A DNA stretch of 64,000 nt, taken from NCBI GenBank assembly GCA_040383345.1, contig JBEIDU010000002.1, positions 5,608 through 69,607 of the forward strand, read 5' to 3'. Position 1 is the stretch's first letter. Every line of letters begins with the position of its first letter. Of this stretch, positions 27,025 through 36,989 are shown one piece after another. Position numbers and translations under genes: made by a program. Under the pieces are notes generated by a model. That model had not been told where the DNA came from, did no database searches, and saw only the letters and a program-made list of their open reading frames with translations. Source of the stretch: Chitinophagales bacterium (GTDB lineage: Bacteria; Bacteroidota; Bacteroidia; Chitinophagales; JADJOU01).

Positions 27025-29187
27025 ATGTATCAATTAAGGATAGTAGTATTAATTTTAATGATTTTGGGATTGAATACTACCCACGTTACTTCTCAAAATA
27101 GATCGAAATCTAAAAGTACTAAAGAAGGCACATCCAGTGAAGTTTCTAATAATGAATCTAAATCAACTACTGAAACTAAAGCAAAAAAAGATGAGCCCAA
27201 TAAATTAAACCAAGAACTCATCAAATATAAAAATTTTTCGTATGGAAAATTATTGAAATTTGCAGATAAGCTAGAGAATGAAGGTAGTTATGTAAATGCA
27301 GTAGAGTATTACGAATTGGCTCACAAGAAAAAGCCAAAAAATAAGTGTATAGTTCAAAAATTATCTGAACTTAACTTTAAGCTAAGAGACTATGAGGCTA
27401 GTCAAAAATATACAGAAATGATTATTGATTTAGATAAAGGATATGACAAGCAAGCGCCTATGAGATTGGCTTTAGCCATGAAAGCTAATAAAAAGTATAA
27501 AGAAGCTATACAAGAATTAACAAATTTGAAAAATGATAAAAAACAAATTCCAAATTTGAATAAAATTGAGGTAGAATTAAAAGGTGCTGAATTAGCATTG
27601 GAAATAAAAGGCAAAGAAGATAAAAAAATTGTGGTAGCAAATGAAAGCCAAATTAATGGTAATCTACAAGAATATGGACCACAGCCATTGAATGATAATG
27701 CAATTATATACTCAGCTATCGTAAGTGATACCGCTTTAAATATTACAAAGTCAAAATCTGAAGGGAAAGATTATACTTCAAAATTATTATTTTCTAGTTT
27801 TAATGAAGAATTGAAACAATGGTCTAAGCCACAATTACTTCCAGCAGAAATTAACGTGCCAGATGTTTTTATTGGAAATTCTTATCGTGATAAATCGGGG
27901 AATTTAATTTATTACACGCAATGTTTGGAAGGAAAAAAATTGGTAATGAACTGTATGATTTACTTAGCAGAAAAAGTAAATGGAAAATGGCAAACTGAAG
28001 AATTAAGCTTAATTAATAGTAAAGGAACAACAAATACACATCCAGCAATTTATGATGATGGTAAAAATAAGTATTTAATGTTCTCTAGTGATAGACCCGG
28101 TGGCAAAGGAGGTATGGATATATATTATGCAGCTTTGGATGCAAAAGGTAGACCTTCAAAAGAAATCATGGCCCTAAAAGAAATAAATACTTTTGGTGAT
28201 GATATTACGCCATATTATGATGGTAAAGCGAAAACATTGTATTTCTCTTCTGATGGATATCCAAATCTTGGAGGAATGGATATTAATAAAGTTCAAGGTA
28301 TTATTGGGAAATGGGATAAAGTAGTAAATCTTAAGTATCCAATTAACTCTTCATTGGATGATATTTATTTAAAAATGAGAGAGGATGGAGAAGGTTTTTT
28401 TGTATCGAATAGACAAGGCTCCAAGTCTCCAAGAGGTTCTACATGTTGTGATGATATATGGAGCGTGAAAAAAGTAGAGTATGATATTTGGATAAGAGGA
28501 ATTTATGCTAGTGCAAAAGATCCAGAGAAAAAACCATTAAATGGTGTGAGTGCTATTATGATAGAGGATAGCTCCAAAAAATTGATGATGAATAAAACAA
28601 CTGCTAATGATGAATATTTTTATGTAAAATTATCTCCGGGAAAAAAATATAAAATAAATGGCGTTTTGGATGGGTATTATCCAGGAATAGATGAGTTTTC
28701 TACTCCCAAAGAAGTCTTCAAGAATGATACAATTTATAAAGTTTTCTTATTAGAACCTATTGAAAAGAAACGTTATGTAGTAGAAAATATTTATTATGCA
28801 TTTGATAAATCAGTAGTTCGTCCAGAGTATTATTCAATTATGGATAGTGTATTGTCATTGTTGACTCTTTATCCAAATACATTCTTGAAAATAGATGGTC
28901 ATACAGATTCAAGAGGAACAAATGTTTATAATCAATCCCTCTCAGAAAGAAGATGTAGAGCTGCAGCAGAATATATGTTGTTGAAAGGCTTAGCACCTGA
29001 GAGAATTATTATGAGAGGATATAGCGAAGATGTACCTATAGCGCCTAATGAAACTCCGAGCAATGAGGATGATCCTGCCGGTAGAGCAAAGAATAGAAGG
29101 GTAGAATTTAAATTACTAGCACCAAATGGAAAAGATCCTAAATTGGAAATTGACTATAGAGTAAATATCCCTTTTGGAATAGATTAA
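27025..29187 (+). CDS. PorE-like OmpA-family protein (TPR, TolB-like beta-propeller, carboxypeptidase-regulatory-like domain and OmpA_C)
   Basis: PD40-type repeats (LMFSSDRPGGKGGMDIYYA, LYFSSDGYPNLGGMDI) and a C-terminal GHTDSRGTNVYNQSLSERR...NRRVEF OmpA_C domain. Confidence 0.85.
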   Translation: MYQLRIVVLILMILGLNTTHVTSQNRSKSKSTKEGTSSEVSNNESKSTTETKAKKDEPNKLNQELIKYKNFSYGKLLKFADKLENEGSYVNAVEYYELAHKKKPKNKCIVQKLSELNFKLRDYEASQKYTEMIIDLDKGYDKQAPMRLALAMKANKKYKEAIQELTNLKNDKKQIPNLNKIEVELKGAELALEIKGKEDKKIVVANESQINGNLQEYGPQPLNDNAIIYSAIVSDTALNITKSKSEGKDYTSKLLFSSFNEELKQWSKPQLLPAEINVPDVFIGNSYRDKSGNLIYYTQCLEGKKLVMNCMIYLAEKVNGKWQTEELSLINSKGTTNTHPAIYDDGKNKYLMFSSDRPGGKGGMDIYYAALDAKGRPSKEIMALKEINTFGDDITPYYDGKAKTLYFSSDGYPNLGGMDINKVQGIIGKWDKVVNLKYPINSSLDDIYLKMREDGEGFFVSNRQGSKSPRGSTCCDDIWSVKKVEYDIWIRGIYASAKDPEKKPLNGVSAIMIEDSSKKLMMNKTTANDEYFYVKLSPGKKYKINGVLDGYYPGIDEFSTPKEVFKNDTIYKVFLLEPIEKKRYVVENIYYAFDKSVVRPEYYSIMDSVLSLLTLYPNTFLKIDGHTDSRGTNVYNQSLSERRCRAAAEYMLLKGLAPERIIMRGYSEDVPIAPNETPSNEDDPAGRAKNRRVEFKLLAPNGKDPKLEIDYRVNIPFGID

Positions 29188-29207
29188 AAATTGTTCTAAA
29201 TTATTAT

Positions 29208-29241
29208 AAAAAAAGCATCCTGATATCAGGATGCTTTTTTT
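29208..29241. terminator. Bidirectional intrinsic terminator
   Basis: A7 run, perfect palindrome gcatcctgat|atcaggatgc at 29215-29234, T7 run. It lies between convergent genes. Confidence 0.75.
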
Positions 29242-29263
29242 ATAGATTAGTTATAAATGTTTT

Positions 29264-30286
29264 TTATTTGCCAACAAGCCATTCTATTGCATTTTTTACT
29301 AATATTTTTTGTTCTTTTTCTTTGTTGAATTTCATAGAACGAACCAATTCCCCTGGAGATAACTCACCTAAAGGAAATGGATAATCAGATCCAACTACAA
29401 TCTTATCTTCACCAAATAATTGAATATTATAATCCATAGCTAAAGGACTATGAACTAAGCTATCTATCCAAAAATGTCCACAATAGTCAGAAGGCTTCTT
29501 ATTATTATCAATAGCACATAAATCAGGACGCATTTCAAAACCATGGTCTATTCTACCCAATGTAAAAGGAAATGATCCTCCCCCATGTGCAAAAGCAAAT
29601 CGTAGTTTTGGAAATTTTTCAAATACACCACCAAAAATAAGGCTAGATATAGCTCTTGAACTTTCTGCAGGCATACCTACTAGCCACGGAAGCCAATATT
29701 TACTCATACTTTTTTGTCCCATCATATTCCATGGATGTACAAAAATACATGCATTGAGTTCTTGTGCTGCTTCCCAAAATGCGTTGAATTGAGGTTCGCT
29801 TAAATTTAAATCATTTATATTGGTTCCAATTTCAATTCCTTTTAGTCCTAGAACCTTTATACATCTTTCTAATTCTTTGATAGCCATATCAGTATCTTGC
29901 ATAGGTAATGAACCAAGTCCTATGAAGTTATCGGGGTAACGTTGACAAATTTCGGAAATATGATCATTTAAAAATTGATTAATCATCAATGAATCTCCAG
30001 CTTGGATATGATAATTGAACATTACAGGAATGGTACTCAATACTTGTACATTACTTTTGAAGCCAATCATTTCTTTCATTCTATCTTCTGGGCTCCAGCA
30101 ATTACTCATGATTTCTCTAAAAAAGATATCATCTATCATCATTCGAGCACATCCTACCTTATGATGTTCTAACGATACAAATCCACCATAACCAAATTTT
30201 TTACTCCAATCAGGCATTTTTTCTGGTAAGATATGTGTATGAATATCAATACAATCAGTTTGATGAATAGCATGAGATAGGCACAT
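29264..30286 (-). CDS. Amidohydrolase_2 family protein (ACMSD-like decarboxylase)
   Basis: The N-terminus IDIHTHILPEKMPDW...FGYGGFVSLEHH resembles 2-amino-3-carboxymuconate-6-semialdehyde decarboxylases. 340 aa. Confidence 0.75.
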   Translation of the reverse strand: MCLSHAIHQTDCIDIHTHILPEKMPDWSKKFGYGGFVSLEHHKVGCARMMIDDIFFREIMSNCWSPEDRMKEMIGFKSNVQVLSTIPVMFNYHIQAGDSLMINQFLNDHISEICQRYPDNFIGLGSLPMQDTDMAIKELERCIKVLGLKGIEIGTNINDLNLSEPQFNAFWEAAQELNACIFVHPWNMMGQKSMSKYWLPWLVGMPAESSRAISSLIFGGVFEKFPKLRFAFAHGGGSFPFTLGRIDHGFEMRPDLCAIDNNKKPSDYCGHFWIDSLVHSPLAMDYNIQLFGEDKIVVGSDYPFPLGELSPGELVRSMKFNKEKEQKILVKNAIEWLVGK

Positions 30287-30349
30287 GAATCGAAATGTTT
30301 TATATCAAAATTTAAAAGTCAAAGATAGGACAAAATAACAGAATCTTAG

Positions 30350-30736
30350 CTACAAATTCATCGCTTTCTCTATTTCTTTTTTCAATAGCCTTCCTTCAAT
30401 TATCATAGAACGATGAGAAAAAGTAGGGAAAATTGAAAATTTAATTCCTTTTTCTATATATTTTGGGATATAATTATCTAAAAAATCTTTCAATGAAATT
30501 TTAGTCGCATAGTATTTTGACCAATTATCTGTTGCAAATTGATTAGCAAAAACTTCATTGGGCCATAAAGGAAAATAAAAATGGTTGTGATTATCGCCCT
30601 GGACAGCCCACCCTTCACTATATAGCGCTACAACCTCCTTGTTTTCGATTACTTTTTGTATGAAATATTCAAATCTTTTAAGATTAGGTTGATTTAAAGC
30701 CCATACCTCTTCTTCTTTACTTATTTTATTATACAT
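30350..30736 (-). CDS. Hypothetical protein (possibly DUF2750-like)
   Basis: Start moved to ATG 30736 (MYNKISKEE...). The track's longer form would overlap the upstream hydratase by 86 nt. The family call is made from memory only. Confidence 0.5.
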   Translation of the reverse strand: MYNKISKEEEVWALNQPNLKRFEYFIQKVIENKEVVALYSEGWAVQGDNHNHFYFPLWPNEVFANQFATDNWSKYYATKISLKDFLDNYIPKYIEKGIKFSIFPTFSHRSMIIEGRLLKKEIEKAMNL

Positions 30737-30740
30737 ATGA

Positions 30741-31517
30741 TTAGTTTCCTTTGAACTCAGCTTTGCGTTTTTCAGCAAAAGCAGCCACCCCTTCTTTAAA
30801 GTCTTCTGTATCAAAACACTCTGCAAATAAATTTACTTCTGTTGTAAATCCTACAGGTCCGTCTTTGAAAAAAGAATTCACACTTTGTATTATATTTCCT
30901 AATGCTATTGGAGCTTTTGTATTGATTTTTTCAAGAATTTCTCTTGATTTATTTATCAATTCTTCAATAGGGACAACATAATTTACTAGATTTAATCGCA
31001 ATGCTTCATCGGCCTTGATATTATCAGCAGTCAATAACAATTCTAATGCTTTCGTTTTTCCTATTAATTGAATCAATCTTTGAGTGCCTCCATATCCCGG
31101 AATTAATCCTAAATTAACTTCAGGTTGACCAAAAACCGCATTTTGACTAGCAACACGAAGATGACAAGCCATGGCTAATTCACATCCACCACCTAATGCA
31201 AAGCCATTAATTGCGGCTAATATCGGTTTTGGACATGATTCAATTCTATTCAAGACATTATGTCCATCTCTAGATAATTTTTTTGCTTTATTGCTTTCAA
31301 AACTTGAAAATTCTGAAATGTCAGCACCTGCTGCAAATGCTTTTATACCTTTACCTGTAATTATTACAGATTTAATCTCATGGTTATCATATATTTCATC
31401 TAATGCTTCATCCATTTCAGTAAAAAATTGAATATTAAGGGCATTATATTTTTCTTCTCTATCAATGGTTATAGTCAAAATTCCATTGTTTAATTCTTTT
31501 ATTAAAATTTTACTCAT
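30741..31517 (-). CDS. Enoyl-CoA hydratase/isomerase family protein
   Basis: 258 aa with FAAGADI, ING.ALGGGCELAMACH and a crotonase-fold pattern. Confidence 0.9.
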   Translation of the reverse strand: MSKILIKELNNGILTITIDREEKYNALNIQFFTEMDEALDEIYDNHEIKSVIITGKGIKAFAAGADISEFSSFESNKAKKLSRDGHNVLNRIESCPKPILAAINGFALGGGCELAMACHLRVASQNAVFGQPEVNLGLIPGYGGTQRLIQLIGKTKALELLLTADNIKADEALRLNLVNYVVPIEELINKSREILEKINTKAPIALGNIIQSVNSFFKDGPVGFTTEVNLFAECFDTEDFKEGVAAFAEKRKAEFKGN

Positions 31518-31554
31518 GTGTTTTTAATTTATAAGTTTAAATATTTTATATTTT

Positions 31555-33612
31555 TTAGTTTTTTTTGAGATTTAAATTTTCTTCGTAGTCATTTTGGATC
31601 CATTTATATATTTCTATTTGACTTCTTATAGGTTCAATATCTTCTCGTTTCATAAGATTGCTCATTTCAAAGTCATGGAATCTTGATTTTTGATTGTCTT
31701 TTAACTGAAGATTAAGATAGTTTAAAATCTTTTTTTGTATTAACTTATCTACTATAGGAACGCCCACTTCTACTCGATAATCAATATTTCTTGGCATTAG
31801 ATCTGCTGAACTAATATATAGTTTTTCTTTTGGATTATTTTTAAAATAGTATACTCTTGCATGCTCTAAAAATTTATCAATAATACTAATAGCTTCGATG
31901 TTTTCACTAATACCAGGTAGATTCGGAATTAGGCAGCAAATACCTCTTATTATTAGTTTTATTTTTACTCCAATTTGGCTTGCCTCGTATAGCTTATCTA
32001 TAATTTGGTCATCTACTAAGCTATTCATTTTGAATAAAATTAACCCATTGTTTCCTTCTTTATGCGCTTTTATTTCATTTTCAATGCCTTGAAGAATAAT
32101 ACTTCGTGTGCTAAAAGGAGATACCATTAGTTTTTTAAATGGTTGTGTTTTTTGGGTTTCCAAGAATTTAAATACGTTTGCTACATCTTTGGCTATTTCA
32201 GGCTGAGATGTAAAAAGTGAAATATCACTATAAATATTAGCAGTCACTTCATTATAGTTTCCTGTGGAAATATTTCAGAAATATTTGGTTTTATTGTTTT
32301 GTTTTTTTGTGATATAAACTATCTTAGAATGTACTTTTAGATTGGGCTTTCCATACAAAACCTTGATTCCTTCTTCTTCCATTTGCCGTGCCCAATATAT
32401 ATTGTTTTCTTCATCAAATCGAGCAGTTACTTCCATGACAACTGTAACTTTTTTGCCATTTTTTACGGCATTGATGAGAATATTTGCTATTTGTGATTTT
32501 TTTGAAAGTCTATAAAGACTCATTTTAATTATATTTACATGTGGATCAATACTAGCCTCACGTAGGAAATTTAATAAATAATCAAATGAATTAAACGGAT
32601 AAAAAAGTAACACATCTTTTTTTGAAATGGTATTAAAAATTGTTTTTTCCATTTCCATTTTTATATTCGGAATAGGGGAGTTTTTTTCGTATAAAAGATG
32701 TTTCATTCCAAAATCTGGAAATTTTGTAAAATCTTTAAAATTATGATATTTTCCACTCAAGACCACATTCCGTTTAGAAATTTGAGATCGCTTAAGAATA
32801 TAATGTAGCAGATCTGATGGAATACGTTTATCCGCTATAAAACGAACAGGTTTTCCTTTCTTACGTAGCTTGAGACTTTTTGAAAGTTTATCCACTATAG
32901 AATTGGATATATCATTATCTATTTCCAATTCAGCATCCCTAGTTACTTTAATGGTAAATGCCTCAAAGGTATCCATTTCAAATACTTTGAATATCTCCGG
33001 TAAATTTACGCGTATAATGTCATCCAAAAGCATCACATACTTTTTTGACGTATCTTTACATGGAACTTCTACAAATCTAGAAAAATATTCTGTAGGAATT
33101 TCTATCAATGAAAATTGCGTTTTATGTGTTTCTTCTTGAGACATTTTAATAGCCAAATAAATGGATTTGTCTTTTATCGATGGAAATTTTAAAGAATCTT
33201 TTAAAATCAATGGGGTTATACCTTGCCGAATATTAGATTTAAAAAACTGTTTGACCCATAGTAATTGATCCGCTTTAAGATTGGTTTCGTTTAAGAAAAA
33301 AACACCATTTGTAGCCAAATCCTTTTTTATTTGTGAAAAGGCCCTTGCAAAATAGTATTCATCTTTTTTCAAAGTTTGATATATTTTATCTAATACTTCT
33401 TCAGGTTTGTAATTAAGTGATTTGGCTAAATTATTCCCTATTAGTTTATTTAGTGTCCCTACGCGAACCCTAAAAAATTCATCTAAATTATTGGAATAAA
33501 TTCCTAAAAAGCGAAGACGCTCCAACACAGGTACCGAAGTATCTAGCGCTTCTTGAAGTACTCGTTTATTAAAGGACAACCAACTGATTTCTCTATTATG
33601 TTTTGGAAACAT
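31555..33612 (-). pseudogene. ppk1: Polyphosphate kinase 1 interrupted by a single in-frame TGA (32275-32277)
   Basis: ORFs 32275-33612 and 31555-32247 are in the same frame. Reading through the TGA gives ...LKVHSKIVYITKKQNNKTKYF*NISTGNYNEVTANIYSDISLFT, a colinear PPK1 of about 685 aa. A minus-strand TAaaTTTG box lies at 33649-33656. Confidence 0.85.
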
Positions 33613-33730
33613 TTATATACTTAGATACTATGATATTAATAATTTTTACAAATTTAAACTATATACAAATACAATTCAAAATGTACTTTCCACATAATTG
33701 CGTTAATATGCAATTATCAAAAAAATGAAT

Positions 33731-34525
33731 TTATAAATTTCCTGTTCGTCCTCCATCCACAGGTAGGTTAATACCCGTGATATAACTCGCTTCTTTTGAC
33801 GCCAAAAATGCAACAGCATTAGCAATCTCTTCAGGTTGTCCAAAACGTTTCATTGGAATTTCTGCTATCATTTCTTCTTCTATTTCTTTATACTCTTTTT
33901 GAAGTTTTGATGATTTTGTTTCAATAATTGATGATAATCGCCCTGTAGCAGTAGCTCCTGGCAATACATTGTTTACTGTAATCTGAAAAGGAGCTAACTC
34001 ATTTGCCAAAGTTTTAGCCCAATTAGCTACAGCGGCTCGAATAGTATTTGAAACTCCTAGGTTTGGTAAAGGCTGTTTTACAGAAGTGGAAATAATATTG
34101 ATAATTCTTCCAAAATTATGAGCCTTCATCCCATCTAAAAGTAATGTTACAAGGGTATGATTAGCTATTAAATGATTGTTGAATGCACTGATAAACTCTT
34201 CATTTTTTGCGGAATGTATAGGGCCTGCTGGAGGACCACCTGTATTATTAATGAGAATTAAATAGGGATTACTTTTGCTTGCGATCAGTGCTTTTATTTT
34301 AATTGAAAAATCTTCAATATTAGCTACGTCGGCTGAAACATAATCATGTTTTTGCTGATCGTTTATTATAGGAAGTTGCTCTAATGCAATTTTTAAATCA
34401 TTTTCATTTCTTGAAAGTAAAGTAATATTTGCTCCTTTTTCTGCTAATTTTTTTGCACTTGCAAATCCGATTCCTTTGCTTCCTCCACACACCAAAACGT
34501 TTATATTTTTTATATCTTGAGTCAT
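33731..34525 (-). CDS. SDR-family oxidoreductase
   Basis: GGSKGIGFA Rossmann motif and NNTGG. 264 aa. Confidence 0.85.
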   Translation of the reverse strand: MTQDIKNINVLVCGGSKGIGFASAKKLAEKGANITLLSRNENDLKIALEQLPIINDQQKHDYVSADVANIEDFSIKIKALIASKSNPYLILINNTGGPPAGPIHSAKNEEFISAFNNHLIANHTLVTLLLDGMKAHNFGRIINIISTSVKQPLPNLGVSNTIRAAVANWAKTLANELAPFQITVNNVLPGATATGRLSSIIETKSSKLQKEYKEIEEEMIAEIPMKRFGQPEEIANAVAFLASKEASYITGINLPVDGGRTGNL

Positions 34526-34677
34526 CTTTTTTGTCGTAAAATTACATATAATATGACAAAAAAGTGTCTATTTTTTTATATAAGCTTTATTTTTTGTTTA
34601 TAATCAAATGATTGAAACATATTTTTTAATATTATTTTTGCTAAGTAATTTAATTCTGAAATCTAAATTAAATCATT

Positions 34678-35376
34678 GTGCTACTAAACTTATTTAAAAA
34701 AAATCAAAACGAGGCGATGCATCAAGACAATCAATATGATGATGTTCTTATAGCGCCCCCAATAGAGGAAAATAAATTTCAAACATATAATTATCAAACG
34801 ACTACTGTAATAGAAGATGAAGTTATAGATCAAGAAGAGTACAATTTAGGAGATTTAGATATTTTGTTTGCAAAAAAATTTATTGAGAAAAAAGGTAAAT
34901 TTGTTTTTTGTGAAAATAAAGAAGATTTATTTGGTAAGCTTCAGATGTTACTTAAGAAAATAAATAAAACCAAAGTGTTTGTATGGGAACAAGAATTAGT
35001 AGATTATTTGAAATCTAATAATCTATTTACCGATGGTATTGTATGTGAACGCAATGGTGAAGAATCTAATATTGCAATCAGTAAATGTGAAGTTTTAATA
35101 GCTAAAGAGGGAAGTATCATGCTTAACCCAATGCAAAATAGTCCTCGTTCATTAAATATTTTCCCATCTCATCAAATTTTATTTGCTACATTGGATCAAT
35201 TAGCACCTAATGTAGAGAAGTCAATTGAAAAATTTGTAGCAAATCATAACGATAGTCATCCTTTTGTAATTCAATTAGATGCCGAGCCAAAAAGACTTCG
35301 AAATATTAATGGTAAATTTGTAATAAACTCAGAAGGACCAAAAGAAATCTTTTTATTTTTATGTGAAACATTATAG
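34678..35376 (+). CDS. LUD-domain (LutC/YkgG-like) protein
   Basis: The C-terminal two thirds resemble the LUD/DUF162 fold (...ISKCEVLIAKEGSIML...). GTG start at 34678; an alternative ATG is at 34717. Confidence 0.6.
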   Translation: MLLNLFKKNQNEAMHQDNQYDDVLIAPPIEENKFQTYNYQTTTVIEDEVIDQEEYNLGDLDILFAKKFIEKKGKFVFCENKEDLFGKLQMLLKKINKTKVFVWEQELVDYLKSNNLFTDGIVCERNGEESNIAISKCEVLIAKEGSIMLNPMQNSPRSLNIFPSHQILFATLDQLAPNVEKSIEKFVANHNDSHPFVIQLDAEPKRLRNINGKFVINSEGPKEIFLFLCETL

Positions 35377-35403
35377 TTTTACACCAGAATAAATTTAATT
35401 TCT

Positions 35404-36192
35404 ATGTCTCGAATTCTGTTTTTGTCTGATTTTCATTTGGGAATTCCGGACGAAGTTTCTAGTCGTATTCGAGAAAAAAAAATCTGTAATTTTTTAGATC
35501 AAGAATTTGAGCATACTGAAGAACTTTTTTTAGTAGGCGATATTTTTGATTTTTGGTTTGAATACAAAAAAACCATACCAAAAGGGTTTAATAGAATTCT
35601 TGGGAAAATAGCACATTGGACAGATTCAGGAAAAAAAGTACATTTATTTACAGGCAATCACGATATGTGGATATTTGATTTTTTCACAAAAGAATTGGGA
35701 GTAATAATCTACCGTCAACCCCAGATTTTTGAATGGAATGGCCTCAAAGTTCTTGTAGGACATGGCGATGGACTAGGGCCAGGAGATTATAAGTATAAAT
35801 TTCTGAAAAATTTCTTTGATTCAAAAATTTGTCAATGGCTATTTGGGTGGATTCATCCCAATATAGGAATATCATTGGCACAGTTTATCTCACGAAGTAG
35901 CCGAATCAAAACAGCTCAAAATGAAGACACCTATTTTGGTGAATCAAAAGAGTGGTTAGAAGTATTTAGTAATGAGGAATTATCAAAATATCCATCAATA
36001 GATTATTTTATTTTTGGGCATAGACATTTGCCTATATATAAATTCTTAAGGAATAAGAAGTCCTTGTATATCAATCTAGGTGATTGGCTCAATTATTTTA
36101 CATATGCTATATTGGAAAATAATAAAGTATCTTTGCTACAATATGAATCTTCTAAGAAAGATAACGATTTTAGTTATACTGATTTTATGTAA
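35404..36192 (+). CDS. lpxH: UDP-2,3-diacylglucosamine diphosphatase
   Basis: Calcineurin-like motifs FLSDFHLG, GDIFDFW, GNHD, GHGD and GHRH. 262 aa. Confidence 0.85.
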   Translation: MSRILFLSDFHLGIPDEVSSRIREKKICNFLDQEFEHTEELFLVGDIFDFWFEYKKTIPKGFNRILGKIAHWTDSGKKVHLFTGNHDMWIFDFFTKELGVIIYRQPQIFEWNGLKVLVGHGDGLGPGDYKYKFLKNFFDSKICQWLFGWIHPNIGISLAQFISRSSRIKTAQNEDTYFGESKEWLEVFSNEELSKYPSIDYFIFGHRHLPIYKFLRNKKSLYINLGDWLNYFTYAILENNKVSLLQYESSKKDNDFSYTDFM

Positions 36193-36919
36193 TAAAGAAT
36201 TAAATAGTCAAAGTAGTAGTTACAATGACTTTAAAATCTGTCCATTAGGGATAGAGTATAAATATGATAATCAAAAGATTATAAAGTCTGAAAATAATCA
36301 GCCTGATACGTTTTATACCGCTAAATTTGGTTCGCTAACTTTTTTGGATACTCGTTTCCCACTAAAAAAACTTGGTTATTTTAAAGAATCGAATAGCTTT
36401 TTAGTGTTGAATAATCGTTTTGGTATCATAACTTATACCCAGTTGGATAAAATTGGGCTATTTGAATCAATATTTGTAACCTACTCAAGTGATGGTCTGA
36501 TATGGATATTTGATAGAGCTAGTAATAGACTATTGAAAATCAATGAAAATAATGATATAAAATTTCAAACAGAAAATCCCTTTTTCTATAATAACAAATC
36601 CTATTTTCCTTCACAATATTTTGATATGAAAACAAAGATGATAGCATTAGATACATCTTTTGGGCTTTTTGTTTTAGATTCATATGGTAATTTATTAGAA
36701 GCAATTCCTACTGCTTATATTCCCAAATTTTTTATAGTTCAATCCTTTGTGTTTATGATCAAAGAGAAAAAGATTGTTCTGTTTGATTATGAGAATAATA
36801 AATTTAAATATGTCAAAACTTCAACACCAGTAGATACCATAAAAAGTCTATTTTATAAGCAGGGTAGTTTTTATTACTTTGATGGTGTAGAAATTAAAAA
36901 ATTTTTACTTGATTTTTAG
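36143..36919 (+). CDS. Hypothetical secreted protein
   Basis: Start moved to ATG 36143, giving the signal peptide MNLLRKITILVILILC. It overlaps the lpxH 3' end by 50 nt. No recognisable motif. Confidence 0.55.
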   Translation: MNLLRKITILVILILCNKELNSQSSSYNDFKICPLGIEYKYDNQKIIKSENNQPDTFYTAKFGSLTFLDTRFPLKKLGYFKESNSFLVLNNRFGIITYTQLDKIGLFESIFVTYSSDGLIWIFDRASNRLLKINENNDIKFQTENPFFYNNKSYFPSQYFDMKTKMIALDTSFGLFVLDSYGNLLEAIPTAYIPKFFIVQSFVFMIKEKKIVLFDYENNKFKYVKTSTPVDTIKSLFYKQGSFYYFDGVEIKKFLLDF

Positions 36920-36934
36920 ATACTGTTATTTTAT

Positions 36935-36966
36935 AAAAAAAGCCTCTCATATGAGAGGCTTTTTTT
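36935..36966. terminator. Bidirectional intrinsic terminator
   Basis: A-run, palindrome agcctctcat|atgagaggct at 36941-36960, T-run. It lies between convergent genes. Confidence 0.75.
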
Positions 36967-36989
36967 ATACTTAAATTAAAATAGTTATC

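Noticed and set aside
32275-32277. The TGA in ppk1 as a recoded codon (alternative genetic code, or selenocysteine)
   Set aside because: No other gene in about 55 kb of coding sequence contains an in-frame TGA, and Trp is encoded by TGG throughout. At least one normal-length gene (4072-4842) appears to stop at TGA. I see no convincing SECIS-like hairpin right after the codon. A nonsense mutation or a sequencing error is the simpler explanation.
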